Of a DNA stretch of 64,000 bases, positions 47,391-62,586 are shown one piece after another. This DNA comes from Mytilus californianus (taxonomy: Eukaryota). Under the pieces are notes generated by a model that worked only from the letters and a program-made list of their open reading frames with translations, was not told the origin of the DNA and did no database searches. The translations under genes and the position numbers were made by a program. Location: NCBI RefSeq assembly GCF_021869535.1, contig NW_026262668.1, forward strand, positions 24,428,001 to 24,492,000, read 5' to 3'. Position 1 is the first letter of the stretch. Each line of letters opens with the position of its first letter.

Positions 47391-49918
47391 AAAAAACGTA
47401 AATTAACACACAGTAGAATGTATACAACAACGTCAAAACTTAAGGACAAGGGACTTATCTTTAACAGCTTTTTTAATTTATGTTCCGAAGAGTAATAGTA
47501 CTTCTGTGTAAGGATATATCAGCCTTATTTGTCGACGATTGTTCAGATCGTGAAAACACGTTATTCCCCTTTGACTTATTCATAGAATATAGATTTAGGC
47601 TTCGTTCATCGTAAATAAATATTGTACATCAAGAAAATAATTCGATGCTTTGTCTTATGCGGATAAGGGATTGGAGGTATACTCATTTATTTTGAAGACT
47701 CACCATTTTGATGTTTGCTCTTTTATTATCTGTTTTAACATGTTCAGGCATTATATTTTTTAATATCCAGTTTGTTTGTCAGTTGCCAAATACTCGCAAT
47801 TACAAATGTAAATATGAAATTCTGAATTTATATTAAAATTAATAATCTTTAAATGTTTGAATATCCTAACCTTGTTACAATTTATATAACATCAGCAGAC
47901 ATTTGTATATTACATACCACAAATTGTGTGATATTATAGAAAATAAATTATTCTGGAGTTTGTGCAGGATTTGACTTTTATACTTCGAACTTATGAACTG
48001 TTTAATTATTGTTAAGTGGTGACATTTACAGGCATATTAATGATGAAAACACGATAAACAATTGGTTCTCAAATTAACAGCAAAGAAAAAAAATAGGACA
48101 TTCATTTATAATGAATTTTGTCATGCACAATTTAAAAATATAATCTCATACCATGAGCACTTTTTCCGTAATTGTAAATAAATGCTGAATTTGTCGGAAT
48201 CTCTATCTTGAGTTTTCTTTATCCATTAGTTGGATTTCTTTTTATTGATTTTCTTTATACAAAGCTTTAATAACTTTATAAACAATTTTACTTGTTTCCC
48301 TAGAAATAGTTTCTTTTTGAAATGCGAAATCTACCACTGCGCATATTTCAGAAAAGTAGACTAGAATTTGTAAACAGTTTTGCCTATTTTGAAAGATTTG
48401 TTTGTTTATCTAATATTTTCTAACATCAAATAACCTCACTTTTTGAAAAGTAAATGTCTGAAATGCTATTTTCACCAGAATTTTTGCCGTTTGGTCTACT
48501 TTTGTTTTTGTATTTATCATCTGAAAACTGAAAGAAACATGACCAAACATTTGACGGAGGAAGATAGATTTGTGACTCCTGGTCGAATAGGGGAAAGACG
48601 AAACCATGCTTTCATTTTATCACGTCTGTATTGTACAGTTCTCCAACTTTGTTTGATTCCATTCATTCGACACTTGAAAATTTGCATAGATAAGCCGTTT
48701 GATTTACGACTTTCGTATTGGATTTTTGCATAATTAGGTCCGTCCCAGTCTTTGTGGATTTAGATCTATCAGATGTTTCTGTTGATATCAGTGTTAGCTT
48801 TGAACCATTAGGGGCTTTTTCTAATTAATATTGATTTTGAGAGACAGATTTTGAGAGTTAATTGACAAAAGAAATCAACCGTCATGTGTATATTTATCTT
48901 TAACAAACTTTAAGGTTAATCTCTTGGGATAAAAATAAGAATGACACTTTCTTAATGGTTATCAGATGTAAAGTCTTGTAAATCGCAATTGAAAATTGGA
49001 AACTTTATAATTTCTTAATAATTAAACGAATAATATCTTCTTACTTTCCATTATACTGGAATTAAGTTCATTCCACTTAAAAAAGATTTTTTTTTAATGG
49101 AAAAACATATTTTAAAACAAAAGATAAAGTGAATACAAGGAACAGAACAAAATTATTAATCATTACTTTAAAAAAAACTAAAACTAAATTGAGTGACTCC
49201 TGTTAAATTGAAGATAAAAGACACTCAGGGTAAAACATAAAAATTCCAAAAACAAACAATAGATCAGTGACCTGGAAAACGTTCATTGATATCTCAGACG
49301 TCCAAACAATTGCAGGAACATTGGCCATACACTAGATTAATACAAATAAGTTAACAACACTGCCAATAAATAGGAAAGTCAGAGTCGTCATGTTTGTTAT
49401 AATTTTTTGGTATGAACATGGAAGTCCTTACCTATCTTGACGATATTGTACTCCCATGGTATGAAGATTGACATGAGAAGTATTTTTTTTAAAGACGATG
49501 ATCACATTTAATGCTTAATTTAGTAAGAGTATATTAAGGTGCATGAATTTCAATGGTTTATTTATTTAGTTTTTAATCAGGTTCATTTAGAGACATTTTT
49601 ATATGTCGTCATTGTATCGATGGATACATTTCCTTGGAGTTCGGTGTTTTTGTTATTTTACTTTTCATTATTATTCGTGGATTTCAAGGGTATAAGTAAA
49701 CTACGAATTCAAATGTTCAACGAAGTACACATTTGCTATAGATCTGTATGCAAATCCACGAAAACAAATATCCACGGAACTACAATTTTCCTCAGTCCAC
49801 GACAATTGGTATTGGTATCAACGAACATAAATGAATCCAAAGTACATGGAGTAGTGTCTTTCTGGAAGTTTAGTCATAACTAAATGAACTAAATCAGATG
49901 AAAGAGGGGCACAGTTAA

Positions 49919-50002
49919 GTCACCATCGGATTACCAATCACTGGATGTCACCATTGGAATACCAATCACATAACGTCACCATCGGAATACTAATCACTGG
50001 AC
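49919..50002. repeat. 28-bp minisatellite x3
   Basis: GTCACCATCGGA(T/A)TACCAATCACTGGA units at 49919, 49947 and 49975. Confidence 0.85.
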
Positions 50003-50369
50003 AGTATACTGTATCTTCAAAGCAAACAGAAATATCATCAAGCTAAATGTGTAAAAATTATTCTCTATGTACATAAACATAATAAATACAAACATTGGCA
50101 TTTTCAATAAACAACAATAAAGACTCTTAATCGCTCTTTAAGGATTGTCAAACTTGAATTTCATTTCATTTCAGTTGAAGCTACAGCGGTCGTATGAAAC
50201 ACTTAATAGATTAAAAACGGTTACAATTGACAGTTTTTTTGCCAGCTTCCTGTAAAGTATATGCCGTCTTTTTTGTTAAAATTAGTGATCGACCTATTGG
50301 TTCCCATCATTTCTTTCAAACTTTTTAATTCATCAATAAACAGTTTAAGAAAGTGTAAAATTGTGTCCG

Positions 50370-50442
50370 TCCCGAAGTACTGACTACTGAGCTGATGATA
50401 CCCTCGGAGACTAATAGTCCACCACCAGCTTTATCGATCCAG
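50370..50442 (-). mobile_element. Internal fragment of the 354-nt retrozyme family
   Basis: CCGAAGTACTGACTACTGAGCTGATGATACCCTCGG..GACT.ATAGTCCACC matches 11132-11185. Confidence 0.8.
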
Positions 50443-51939
50443 TATGAGTACAGGTTCCGTAAATTATATTGGAAATACAGGTAATAGTATGCAGGCGATG
50501 TGTTGCATATGTCTTCATTTGTATATGTAGGGACTTATGGATCACCTCTAGGCTTCTCCCATCCGGTAGTAAAATTAATTTCAAAAGTGGCGTCTGTTTC
50601 GCTGTGCGGGATGTATAAATACACAGCCACGTCTGGTCGAAATACATGCCTGGTGTAAAGATAGTACCACAGTCGTATCTCACTGCATGTAAAAGAACCA
50701 TTGCATCAACTCTATGCAAGGCAAAATGTCTACCCTATCAACCGTACCTTCTCTTTTTCTAGTGGCACTGTTTATTTCAGGACTACTTTTGACCGGGCCA
50801 GAATTGGTGTTACATCTTATAAAGTATATCCGAATTTGTTTGCAAAGAATTCCTAAAAGCGGGCATAGGTGCCGTCTTAAAATTGCAGTGTGGTGAGAGT
50901 TCTTTTGCTCCATGGTGAAGGCCTCACTGTGACTTTGAGATAAAGAACAGCAATAAAAGTGCTGTTCCTTTGCTTTTTGTGTGTTTTTTGCTGTGCATGT
51001 ATTAATTTTGTGTCATGGATGGTACCCCATATCCTTTGTTTTCCTATAACAAAATGTTCAGCCAAAAAAACTTATATTTTCTGATTTTTCTCGACTTAGA
51101 TATACAGAAAATGTGTCTCTTGTTCATTTTTCGTTTGTTGCAAGGTCTTTGATCTAGTAAGTTTATCCATTTCTTCCCTTATATTTTTATATGATATTCA
51201 GGAGCGTTGCTCTCATACGAATCACAATGAATAAAGTACAGAATTGTGTACACCGTTTTCCAACGATGCCAACTATCTGTTTGAAGATACATCAAAGAAG
51301 ATCATCCTGTTCAGTTTATCAATTTTAAGAAACAATAAGAAAGTAGTTCACACCTGGATCGGTTATGTAACGAGCAAATCATACAGCTTTTCAATGTTGC
51401 CACTGTTATTAAGTCTTTGATCTCTGCTTGCTTCCTCGTTTACTATTAACATCAGGAAATTTACTTAAACATTCTTATTTCTACGGAAGCCAGTTAGTAC
51501 CATCATGAATAATTTACATAAGATTGCGTTTTGGAATCGCTTAATAAATTCAATTACGAACTGCTTATTTGCTAAAGCAAAAATTGAATATAAAAAAGCT
51601 TAGTATCTGTCTGGCCTCTGTGAAAAACAGTGATTAATAAACTAAAACAATCGTTTTGTTATTTTACTTTCGCAACTCGTCTCGTGTCCATCTTCATCAG
51701 GAAATTTGTACCCTTGCACTGCATACCCAGAGGGACGGCCAATATTATAATATTGTGTCTCTAAATAATTGTGTACTAATTGATATTTTTGTGTGGGTAG
51801 ACATGTTTATTTATTGGTTAAAATTTGCTTTGAACTAGCTTTCAGAAACTTCAAGTTCTCTCAGATCGGTATTTAATTGTTTTTGTCTTATGCAATTTGC
51901 TCTGGTTGAAGATCGTGTGGTGACCTTTAGTACTATGCA

Positions 51940-52290
51940 TTATCCCCAGGTTAGGGGCAGGGTTGAGCGCTCACGAACATGTTTAACGCCGCCATATTCT
52001 TTATGTGCCTGTCCCAAGTCAGGAGCCTGTAGTTCAGTGGTTGTCGATGGTTCATGTCTGTCATATTTGTTTTTCGTAATTTTTTTTTTGTTATAAATTA
52101 AGCCGTTAGTTGTCTCTATTGGATTGTTTCACATTTTTCATGTCGGGGCCTTTTATAGCCGACTATACGGTATGGGTTTTTCTCATGTTGAAGGCCGTAC
52201 GGTTGCCTATAATTGCTTACATTAACTTCATTTGAACTTTGGTTGATAGTTGTCTCATTGGCAAACATACCACATCTCCTTATTTTTATA
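51940..52290 (+). mobile_element. Subfamily D short retroelement; twister core 51947-52029 with the catalytic G mutated
   Basis: P5 CAGGU/GCCUG, palindromes UGAGCGCUCA and AACAUGUU; GA>CA at 51958 and a P2 mismatch. Confidence 0.8.
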
Positions 52291-52989
52291 TTGTCCTGTA
52301 TCAAGTTGTAGATGAATCCAACAAAGATGGTCATATAGAACAAATAAAAGGACAAAAATCGTCTAAGTTTGAATTTGACTGAAGGAGTGAAGACTTAGTC
52401 TAATAACTGTTATTTAAACTTTAAAAAAAACCTTCATGAAAACAAAAATTGTTTTAAAACAATTCGGAATAAAAAAAAAAATGCTGTCACGTAGTAAAAG
52501 TTATCATTGACAACGTAAGCATGCCTTCACATACTCTAATACTGCTTGCTGTTCATTATTAGAGGTACAGTGTAAACACCTGACCCGTTCAATGTAATTG
52601 ATCATTTTTATTTTAATCCAAAGAAGTGAAAAGGGTTACCGTAAACACGCACAATTTTTGTTTCAACGCGTCGATTATTTAATCAGTATTTTTTAAACAT
52701 GCAAAAGGACCTAATTTATAGGATGATTCGGTTTGGTCAAAAATGACATATAATGTTTATGTTGGTTATTCGTGTCGTGAGGTTGCTGACGCAATGACGT
52801 AAAACCAACACCCCTCTAGTTCTTTATAGTAAATGGGATACATATGACAAACTTGAACATGGGAGAAGCACGTGCATGACGATAGTGTATATTTTGCGTA
52901 TCTCTGCAGTTCTTAAATAACAAAAGCTAACAAAATATATCAGAAATAAAAAAACTAAATAGAAACAAGAAAAATATGCCTTTCTAACA

Positions 52990-53255
52990 AGACAGCCATG
53001 CAGGAGCCTGTTGTTCAGTTGTTGTCGTTCGTTGGTGTGATTCATAGGTGTTTCTCGTTTTTATATAGATTAGACCGTTGGTTTTCCTCCTTAAATTGTT
53101 TTACACTAGTCATTTTGGGGCCCTTTATAGCTTGCTGTTCAGTGTGAGCCAAGGCCCCGTGTTGAAGGCCGTACTTTGACCTATAATTGTTAACTTTTTA
53201 TACATTGTAACTTAGATGGAGAGTTGTCTCATTGGCACTCATACCACATCTTTTT
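52990..53255 (+). mobile_element. Subfamily C-like 3' fragment
   Basis: Matches the reverse complement of ~46990-47240. Confidence 0.7.
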
Positions 53256-56200
53256 ATTTAAATAAAAAGTACTATTTTTTTTAAGATGATTTGAATTGCA
53301 GATTATTGTCACGCCTGTACATAAGAAGATATGATATGACTGCCAATGAGACAACTCTCCGCCAGACACTAAATGACGTGGGAGTTAGCAACTATTTACA
53401 GTCTTCTAAATAAAAAAAATCCCTACAGGACCAATCACATCGTCTGAAAATAGATCAATTGTAATTTTACAAATGATTCAAGATTCAAATACATAGCAAA
53501 CAATAAGGCTACGAATGTCCAAGTTCTTAATTAAACTTAGAAAACACTAAATATTGTCGGATGGTCTATTTTGGCGTCCATACATTTGAGAAACCTATAA
53601 TAAGTGATCAATCATTTTCCAATGTTTGCTGACGATCAAAACATATGATTGACGTTACAACAAATAACTTAAATGAACTATCACGAGATCTCCACAATCA
53701 CGTATGCAAATTTAATTAATTATGTTAACCAACACGAGGAAAATAAATCAAATTTCAAACCAGTGGACTATGTGACAGTTCATTTTTCTGCTTCACGTAC
53801 ATTTTGATATTTATTCCAAATTTTGGACAAGTTTCAACTTGTGAGTAAGACAGTATTCCAAAAAAAAACTCTTATTACAATCAGGAATACATGAAATTAA
53901 ATTACGTGTATAATTGGTCATTGATCAAATCATCTAGTGCTCGCAGTTAAATAATGTTTAGAAAAAAAAATAAAATGCATATTGTGGACTTCTTTCTCCT
54001 TGTTTGAAACAAAATATAAATAAATCAATTTTTCATCCATTTTGAGAGTTTAGTGCTTTTTTTTCTTTGCTTCGAAAACGCATGGCAAAATATACTTTAT
54101 TAAACTGTTTAATATCTTTCAAACGTTCTCCAAATCGCGTTATTTGCACGAATAAAAGAAAATGTGGATTTTACTTCACTGAGACAGCAACCAAACGGTA
54201 CAAAAATCAAATATTTTCAGATAAAAGGCACTTTTTAATTTGAGTATGAATCGCCGATTCAAATTTTCAGTTTTATGCAGAGCGCATGATGGACTGAGTG
54301 CAGGTATATATTTATACGAGTCCTTGTTTCTTAATGTTAATTCGAATGAGATAAAATATACTCTCTCAATTATTCTATTTTACTTAATATAGTTGGTGCG
54401 ACACAACAATTAAATCAGTTAACAAAAGTCTCCGAAAATTTAGTCGTTTTCTGTTGGTATATGCTTTCAAACATATTATAGTCATGCTGACCCGTGTTGT
54501 GATGACATGCAGTATCTAGGTTTATGTAAAACGAAAAAAACAAACAAAAAAAACAACAAGACTTATTTTAGATGGTTTCCTCCTTCATTCCAGTTTTTTC
54601 AATATATTTTGGCATATTAGTTTTTTCCCAATGACGGCAAGGAGTGTGTTACTTTTGTTAATATTTTTTTATCAGTTTCAGCATCTTGAATTTAACCACG
54701 TGATTCCTGGAGGGTGGAATATTTTACATTAAATACAATTTCAGGTAGATCTGTTTCATTAACTATTAGTGTATTGGACGAGTACCTCTATATATCTTTA
54801 AGGTAATACATATAGAATAGAAAATCATTAATGGCCTCCAATTGAATATTTATGAACTGTTTATCTAGCAATAGTAACGGGGCTCATGTTTCGTGTATAC
54901 AATGAAGAATTAACTTTATGTCCATTAAATGGTGAGAAAATCTCCAAATAACTGCCTGTAGGTTAACATCACGTTTATGTATCGTTGTAAACGAGATATC
55001 TTTATACAAACTACACGTTATAAATCACTATTCAGTTAAACAAGTAGTAAAGGCGTTTTGATGAGATTATGTGATCATTTATGTTTGCAATTCTTTTACG
55101 AGCTATAAAAATCTCATTATAAGAGGCATCAATTTGTCGATTTTTGTATGATACAAAAGTTAATTGGACTATCTGGAACATAAATCGAATACACCGTCTG
55201 TAATCACATTTATGTCAATAAAAAGATAGACGAAGGTGGTCCGTATAACTATGTTTTGGTAATAAATTTAAAATGAAGCTGCTGTAAAAATAGTTTAAGA
55301 GAATTAGTCTCTGATCGAAAAAAAATATTTGGTTATTCTCTGTGTAATTTCAGGATTGTATTATCTTTATACTTTCAGGATCTTGTTCTCTGTAGGGATT
55401 TTTTTCTCTGTATGTTTGGTTTTTATTAAAATTATACAGATATGCAAGTCTAGCTGTTACTAGTTTTCTTTTTAATCAAACCCCCAAAAATGCAGAGAGG
55501 TCATTCCTTACCAAAATCAAAATTAATATGTTTGGTCTTTTAGATATATAATAGAATTACAAAAACATGTCAAAATTGTCTTCAGCTCTAATGTTTAGTA
55601 TATTTTATTATATTATATAAGTATCTATATTATATAGATAAATGTACAATTTTAGAAATATTTTATATTATATATTATTTACAACCAAGCTTCATTCGAC
55701 ATCAACTTTCTGATTTTGAACCAAAATCAGCGGAAATTGGCCATACCTTTTCTTGAATTTAATTTGAGTCAAATTTGAATGTATACTATTTTATGACACA
55801 AAACTAAATACTCTATGTGTATCATACATCTTAATAATTGTTTTGTCGCCTTCTTGCATTATCTATTTGGAAAAACTAAATATATTACCAGGAAATCATT
55901 TCCCTTGTTTTGAACAAAGTTAGAAATACATGTTTACGATCCTGTAACGTGTTTTCATTCACGGGGGATGCTTTCATTGTAAATTGTTGATCATACAAAA
56001 ATAATGATTTTAAATTAACCGTTGTAAAAATTTATGACAACATTCTAAAAATTTATTTCAAAGAAAAAAGAATTGTAGGCGTTCCTAATTTAGTGCAATT
56101 AGAATATTTATACTTTTCAAATAAAAGCAACTTCTTCTATTTATATCGGTTTTTCACCTTAAATAAATAGTGACAAACCAGACGTGTATATATGTCTCTG

Positions 56201-59200
56201 GAATAACTTAGAAATTATGACATTCATGGTGAAAAACGGAAGCAGGATTTATAGCCATTACCTCTATTTGAGACTAGGAAATATTAAATATGAACGTGAA
56301 TTCTAGTAGCAAATTCCATATCTTTTTCAGAGAACTAAGGCCCAGCGATTAAGATCAATCGAACATGTAATTTAAGGTTTGAAACCAACAAATAAAAAAG
56401 ACAAACCTACCATAAACGTGAAATTCTCATTGATGACTGTCCTCTATTCTCAACAGATATACAACCTTTTTTACTGTAGCTTAATTATTCAAAGTATGGA
56501 AACACTATGCCCATTCTAAATAATACAGGAAATAATGATTAAAGCATAGTAAAAACAAGATCAGAACTGAATTATATGTTAAATGCAATTGTTGATTATA
56601 ACTTTTAACCTTTATACTATTTCAATAAATGGGAATTTACACACACCAAAAAAAAATGAATTGGACACATTTCTAGGCCTGTTTACAATGTATGCAGAAG
56701 GAATATTTACATTTTCGAGATATATACCTTTAAAAATCATATCTGATCTTATAATTTGAGCTGCGTCGGATAGAAATCGGCCCTATGCAAATGAATATCA
56801 ATACATAACTTATTTCGGGTTGAAAAAATCTTTATGCAAAGTCTGTAACTGTCTGGAAATTGAGTTGATATAAGAACCCTACAAAAAAGACCAAAATTCA
56901 TCTTTTATTTCGTATTTAAATGTTCCAAAAATCAATCAAAGTCATATACATGTACATGTATACGTGCACTTGCATAAGGTCGATTTCTATCCAATTTAAT
57001 GAATATAAGTTCTCTGCATATACGGAACTCGCTTTCAGGAATATAAAAAACTGACAACTTGTTAATTTCATAAGCAACAGAATCTTATAGAAGACGAACA
57101 TTACTAGAACTAGAAAATACTTGAATTATTTTTCATCTCAAATAAGTTAAATCAGTTTATCATATAAAAACGAAAATTGTCAACTATAAAAATGTTCCCA
57201 CTGTAAAAGTACTCCAAGCTCAAAATATAAAATCAAAAGTATTCATTTCAATTTTAAGCACCACAAAATATCGCATTCAAAGTCATAACAATAAAATTAA
57301 TAGATAAATCATTTAGATTTTAAGAGATTTATAGGCAAAATATAAATTTAAAATTATGCTTTAAACATGTTAAGGATATTGTAAAAATTTTCAGCTCGTT
57401 CATCCAAAAAATTAGAATCACATTATTTTACGTTTTTCTACAAGAATAAATTGTAAATTGAAAATTTTCACAATTATAATTTATTTAACATTACTATCAA
57501 GTATTGAAAAATATGCCAATAAAATGAAATAAAGCTATATTCAACCTATACAAAAATGAGATGTTAAACATAGTGTAAACTGGCAGTTGTTGCTTTTTAA
57601 TGAGCATTCTTGTCATATTAAATTACTTAAATCGCTTCAACACAAATCATTTCCAATTTGGATATTAACGCGTTAAAGTTTGATAGTAAACAGATGCAAA
57701 ATTGAAAATTTTGACAGTAGCTGCTGTTTTGCGTAACTTAAAATCTTTAAAACAATTTCAACAGAAAGATTTGCAAAGCTTATAATTAGAACTATTGAAC
57801 ACAAATGAAATGTTATTTATATCAAGATAATTTCTATAGAAAATAGTTGAAATAACTGCATAACAACAGGGGGAAAAGGAACACTTAGAAAACATATTGT
57901 GTAACTATTGAATTTGCTATAGACGTCTAAATTGTTTTTTGTGCAACGGAAGCTAATAATAGCAATTCAAAAAAATTACACTATTATATATTTGCAACTT
58001 TAACTAATGTTGCTCGTTATATAAATTATATTCGTGACAATTAAATTTTAAAACTAACTGAATAAATAGTAAAAAAGACGTAGTCCAGGTCGGAAACGAA
58101 TTTGTTTATTTCTTTTTTTAACATGAGGTTTCACTCCGGTTAAAAAAACCCGCAATTAATTTAATGCAAATTACAATGACATATACGGATATGTTAATGA
58201 AAAAATAGAGATTTGGTATAATTGACCATATCATCAACATAAGACTGAAAGATTACACAACTACGGTCACACAAATATAGTGAACTGTATATAAGATATG
58301 GATTTTGTGTGTTGTTGGGCTGCTGTCTTATCATGGCGTTGTATATATTACACCACATCTCATGTTATTCATATAGTGCATGGTATGGGAATAGTACCCT
58401 TTTTAAGTATTAAAACTAGCTACATAGTTTGCAGTCAATCTCATAAAGATTCCCTCTCATCCTCACGTTTACAAAACGTGAATATATATTTTCAATCCTT
58501 AATGAAACCACGACACGTGCTCCTAATGAAGAGAATGTACAACTAAATAATGTTTACAATACCAAAGAATAACCTTTAACTAAAACAATTCAGAAATGTT
58601 ATTGTTGTGTCTAAAATACCTGGTATTCCCTTCTCTAGAAGGTACACCCTAAAGTAACGTAGAAAAATAAAACCACAAAGGTGAAAGTACATTGTATGAA
58701 TATTTCGCTTTTCCCCTGAAGCATTTTTTTTTCAGTAATAACATGATATGTAAACAAGTCGATGAAAGGGGAAAAAGGTAACAATTATCATTGGATTTTT
58801 CAAACGCTTTTCGCTTTATCCGAGGTTTTCTTATTGATTATGTTGGTTTGGTATCAAGACCACAAATTCCCGACCTAAATCTTTTTATTCCTACTCTTAC
58901 TATTACTTAATGCTTAACAATAGCGAAACTGGAGAATAAAGCAACATTATAAGATCAAAGGAAATCCGTCAATATTAGATTATTACCCAGTTTCTGACCG
59001 GAAAGAAAACAATTTATCATTCGTCTTATTTAGAAGGACAGTATTGATTTAAATATATTGATGAAAGTCAAAATCGGTTTGGCGCCTAGATTTCCGGATT
59101 TTTCCATGCTCATATACATTTGCATTTCATCCTGATTACAGTCACATTAAATAAATAAAAATACAAGTGTTGATGTTTTGATAGGAGAAGGGGTATATGA

Positions 59201-60167
59201 CAACAAAAGGATTTTTCAATCCCGATGAAGAGATAAAATAAGCAAAACATTTACTTTTTCTGTGTATTGGCTTTATACGTAATGAATGAGTAAACAAACA
59301 CACAAAATTCATAAGAACGGATGGCTGAGCACTGAATTTTGTAATATCAATGTAATCAAATCATATAAATCAAAGATCAATTATCAAAAAAGGGTATAAA
59401 TATATGTATGCATGTCGGAATCCATTTATTATGGTAGAAAACTACAGTGTACTTTTAAGCATTTCAATGCTTAATAGAAAGGCCATTTACCTTACATACA
59501 AATGAGAATAGGGGGTGTTTGATCATTAAGCATCCAAGGATGGAGAGCATGTTTAACGAGACGGGTCCAAAATGTACAAACTGTATAAATTATGCTGACC
59601 TTTTTAAATTAGCGTTATCTAGAAATGTTTTGATATTTACTAATATAAAGCTTATTTTTGGTGAACACATGCAATCTAATCTTGTCAATTTTATTTATTT
59701 CTGATACTGTATATACTATGATTTATGTATTCAGATTAAGAACAGTGACAATCATTGTAATGCCGGTGTTTTATTTTAAGATTAAACCCACTTGCAAATT
59801 CACGTATACTCTAGTAAATTAGTCATCTGCATTACTGTAGACTGAAGCTGAAATTCCATAAAATGTACTTTATTAAAACCATAATGCAAGTTTCTAAACT
59901 GAGAACAATCCTGTGTTTGTATATCTTTTCTTTTTATCGTACGATTGCTGTCATCTAGGAAACCATAATTACATTTCTCCATATCACCATAGTCTAACCA
60001 CACTTTGCATAGTATTTGTAGAATAGTCGTACCATATGACTTGCAACTACTTAGCTTGATCCGTCGACCATCTATTTAAACAATGAACGCTGAACTGTCG
60101 ATTATTTTCATTGTAAGACAAAAACAATCAAAAAGTAACGTTGGGTACATTTGCTCGACACTGTATC

Positions 60168-60232
60168 TCATTTAGTTGGAGCTGCAGAATTCTCAACTTT
60201 TTCATTCTTGAAACCAATAACAATGTTTTTAC
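60168..60232 (-). CDS. Candidate terminal coding exon of an unidentified gene (xKNIVIGFKNEKVENSAAPTK*)
   Basis: Strong acceptor tttttcttctctttcag and an open frame to TGA; no homology recognised. Confidence 0.25.
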
Positions 60233-60564
60233 CTGAAAGAGAAGAAAAACGAATTGATAAGGACAAATACATCCATTGCTGCAATCATGTCGGAAGATGA
60301 GGGGAAGTGTTTAATTTTATATCCACATTAACTTAGGATTTGTTCCATGACGTTTGGAACATTATCATGTGACATTTGTAAAATCACGATATGACACAGG
60401 CAACACATATTTTTCTTCAACATATTAAATAATGTTTTGGAATTACTTTGGAATAGGCACTCTTGAGACCAAAGTTGGGGCTAGACATACGCGTATAAAC
60501 GTTAACGGACCTAATGCTAAGTTGAAAACAAACATTTTATCTAGAGATATCGGGCGCTCATGAA

Positions 60565-60700
60565 TATAAGAGAGGCGAAAGATACCAAAGGGACATTCAA
60601 ACTCATAAGTCGAAAATAAACTGACAACGCCATGGCAAAAAAGAGAAAGACAAAAAGATTAACAACAGTATACAAAACACAACATAAAAAACATATAACC
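60565..60700 (-). mobile_element. Penelope-like 3' tail fragment
   Basis: Reverse complement of ~31335-31455. Confidence 0.75.
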
Positions 60701-62319
60701 TGCTGAACCTCAAAAAACCTAATATGAGAAAATTGCTCTGACCTTAAAATGGGTTTTTCCTTTAAACAAATTACTTCTGAAGACAAAATTCGCACATTTT
60801 CTAGTAAACATTTGCTTGGGTTCCGTATTGATCATAGTTTTAACCCTTCCAGAGCACCTTAGATTCGGATCATTCCACTGTTGATGGGGCACGTCTTGCC
60901 CAGTATTTAGTTTATATATAGTTTTTTTTTTGTAGACGGTGTTTGTCTTTTTGTCATGTTTTTTACCATGGTATTTTCGGTTTTTCTTCGACTTTTCATT
61001 TTTGATTGTTCCTTTGATATTTTCTGCCAGTGGCAAGTGTTTCTAGGCTACCCATTTTATTTGATAAACCCAAGATTAAAATTTTGTGATTACACAAATA
61101 CAGAAAAAGTTAACGAGTGTTTGGCTTAGTTGTATAAATAGGATTTCAATCTGATTGGCATCAATACATTATGTATCAGGAACTTTAGTATTAACATGTA
61201 GAATTTACTAAATCGTCTGTTCCCACCCTTAGACAAATATCTTTTCCCACATCAGCTTTGTCGATTGATCGCCACAGTGGTATTACCTGCACATCGTACT
61301 TTTATATCAATGCAACTTTTTTCATATTTATTTGTTTCATCATATGAATAATAACGAGAATATATATTTGGGTGACACGTGCGTTTTACGTCACTCTTTC
61401 ACTATTGTTAAACAAAATGGTAGAATTCGATTCTTTGTTTACAAACATATGATTAGGATAACGTCTAGATTTTGGTTTAGCGATCCCATTTATCATTCTT
61501 AGAAAACAAAGAATCTCCATTTTCTCTCTTTCACTGTTACAAATAATTAAGCAGGTGTATCATTTTTAGCGAAAGAAAACGGAAATTCATTAATCAAAAA
61601 TATAAACGTTAAGTCGGAAGCTTTATACAGATATTGAAAATTATGAATTCATGTTGCATTTGTACCTCAAATGCTTAGTTTTAACACTTGTGATGATACC
61701 ATCTTATCCGTATTGACAATGTTCATTTCTAGTATCATTTCTAGGTCTGATAGAAGTCGTTACTATTAGCTCAAGTTCAGCCTTTGACAAACGCTTCTGT
61801 ACCTTTGATTGACAGAATATGACGGCGTCGTTTTGATTGTTACAATTATCGGGATCATTTCATAATTTAATTGCATTGCGTATTAGTGGTAATGATTAGA
61901 TATTTTATAACATTGTAATTACATACAATTAGGGTGAAACAAAGCGCAATCCAATTGTTCCTTTTGATAATGCTTAAAAGTGACGGTTTTGAGGTTGGAA
62001 AACTAAAGGGTGTTTTTTATTTAATTTTTAATGATATCTAGCTTTCAGGGGAAATCCAACTAACTGCATGCCCTAGTTCCAAATCAAGATTAGAGAGGTG
62101 CTCTTATTTACGTCAATCAATCTGTTCTACATTATAACAGATTCTGAAAGTTCTACACTAGAAAAGATTTGGACAGCTTTATCTTAAAAAACAATTCTGG
62201 CAGTTCTACCCAAAAATTGTTTAGAATAGTTCTATGACAGATTAAACTGACAGTTCTATAAAGAAAGGTTAGAACTGATCCCAACTGTATAGAAGGCTCG
62301 GCCCCTGATAACTTAATCT

Positions 62320-62586
62320 TAAATAAAGGCAACAATAGTATATCGCTGTTCAATAGTCATAATTCGATTAAGCAAAACCAAATCCGGATAACAAACTAAA
62401 ACCGAGGGAAACACATCAACTGTAAGAAGAAAACAACGGAACAACAGAAACACTGAACAACAACAAAAGCAAACGCCAACATACATAGAAACAGACTGTG
62501 TGATAACAACTGCCATATTCCTGACTTGGTACAGGACATTTTAAGAGAAAATGGTGAATTTGAACCTGGTTTTATGGCTAGCCAAC
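62320..62586 (-). mobile_element. Subfamily A-related element with the 3' half of the twister core (62512-62586)
   Basis: GGCUAGCC, AACCAGGUU, CAA, ACC, AUUUU/AAAAU, CCUG-UACCAAGU-CAGG; lacks the GA-GGU strand. Confidence 0.75.

Noticed and set aside
48410-48800. Possible minus-strand exons with splice-like signals
   Set aside because: Several frames are open, the donors are weak, no recognisable protein, and no consistent gene model.
52788-52803. Tandem TGACGCAA / TGACGTAA ATF-like sites
   Set aside because: No associated gene or TSS evidence; short motifs occur by chance.
61790-61865. DNCNNQNDAVIFC resembling an SRCR domain end
   Set aside because: An in-frame stop lies immediately upstream and there is no acceptor; likely chance.
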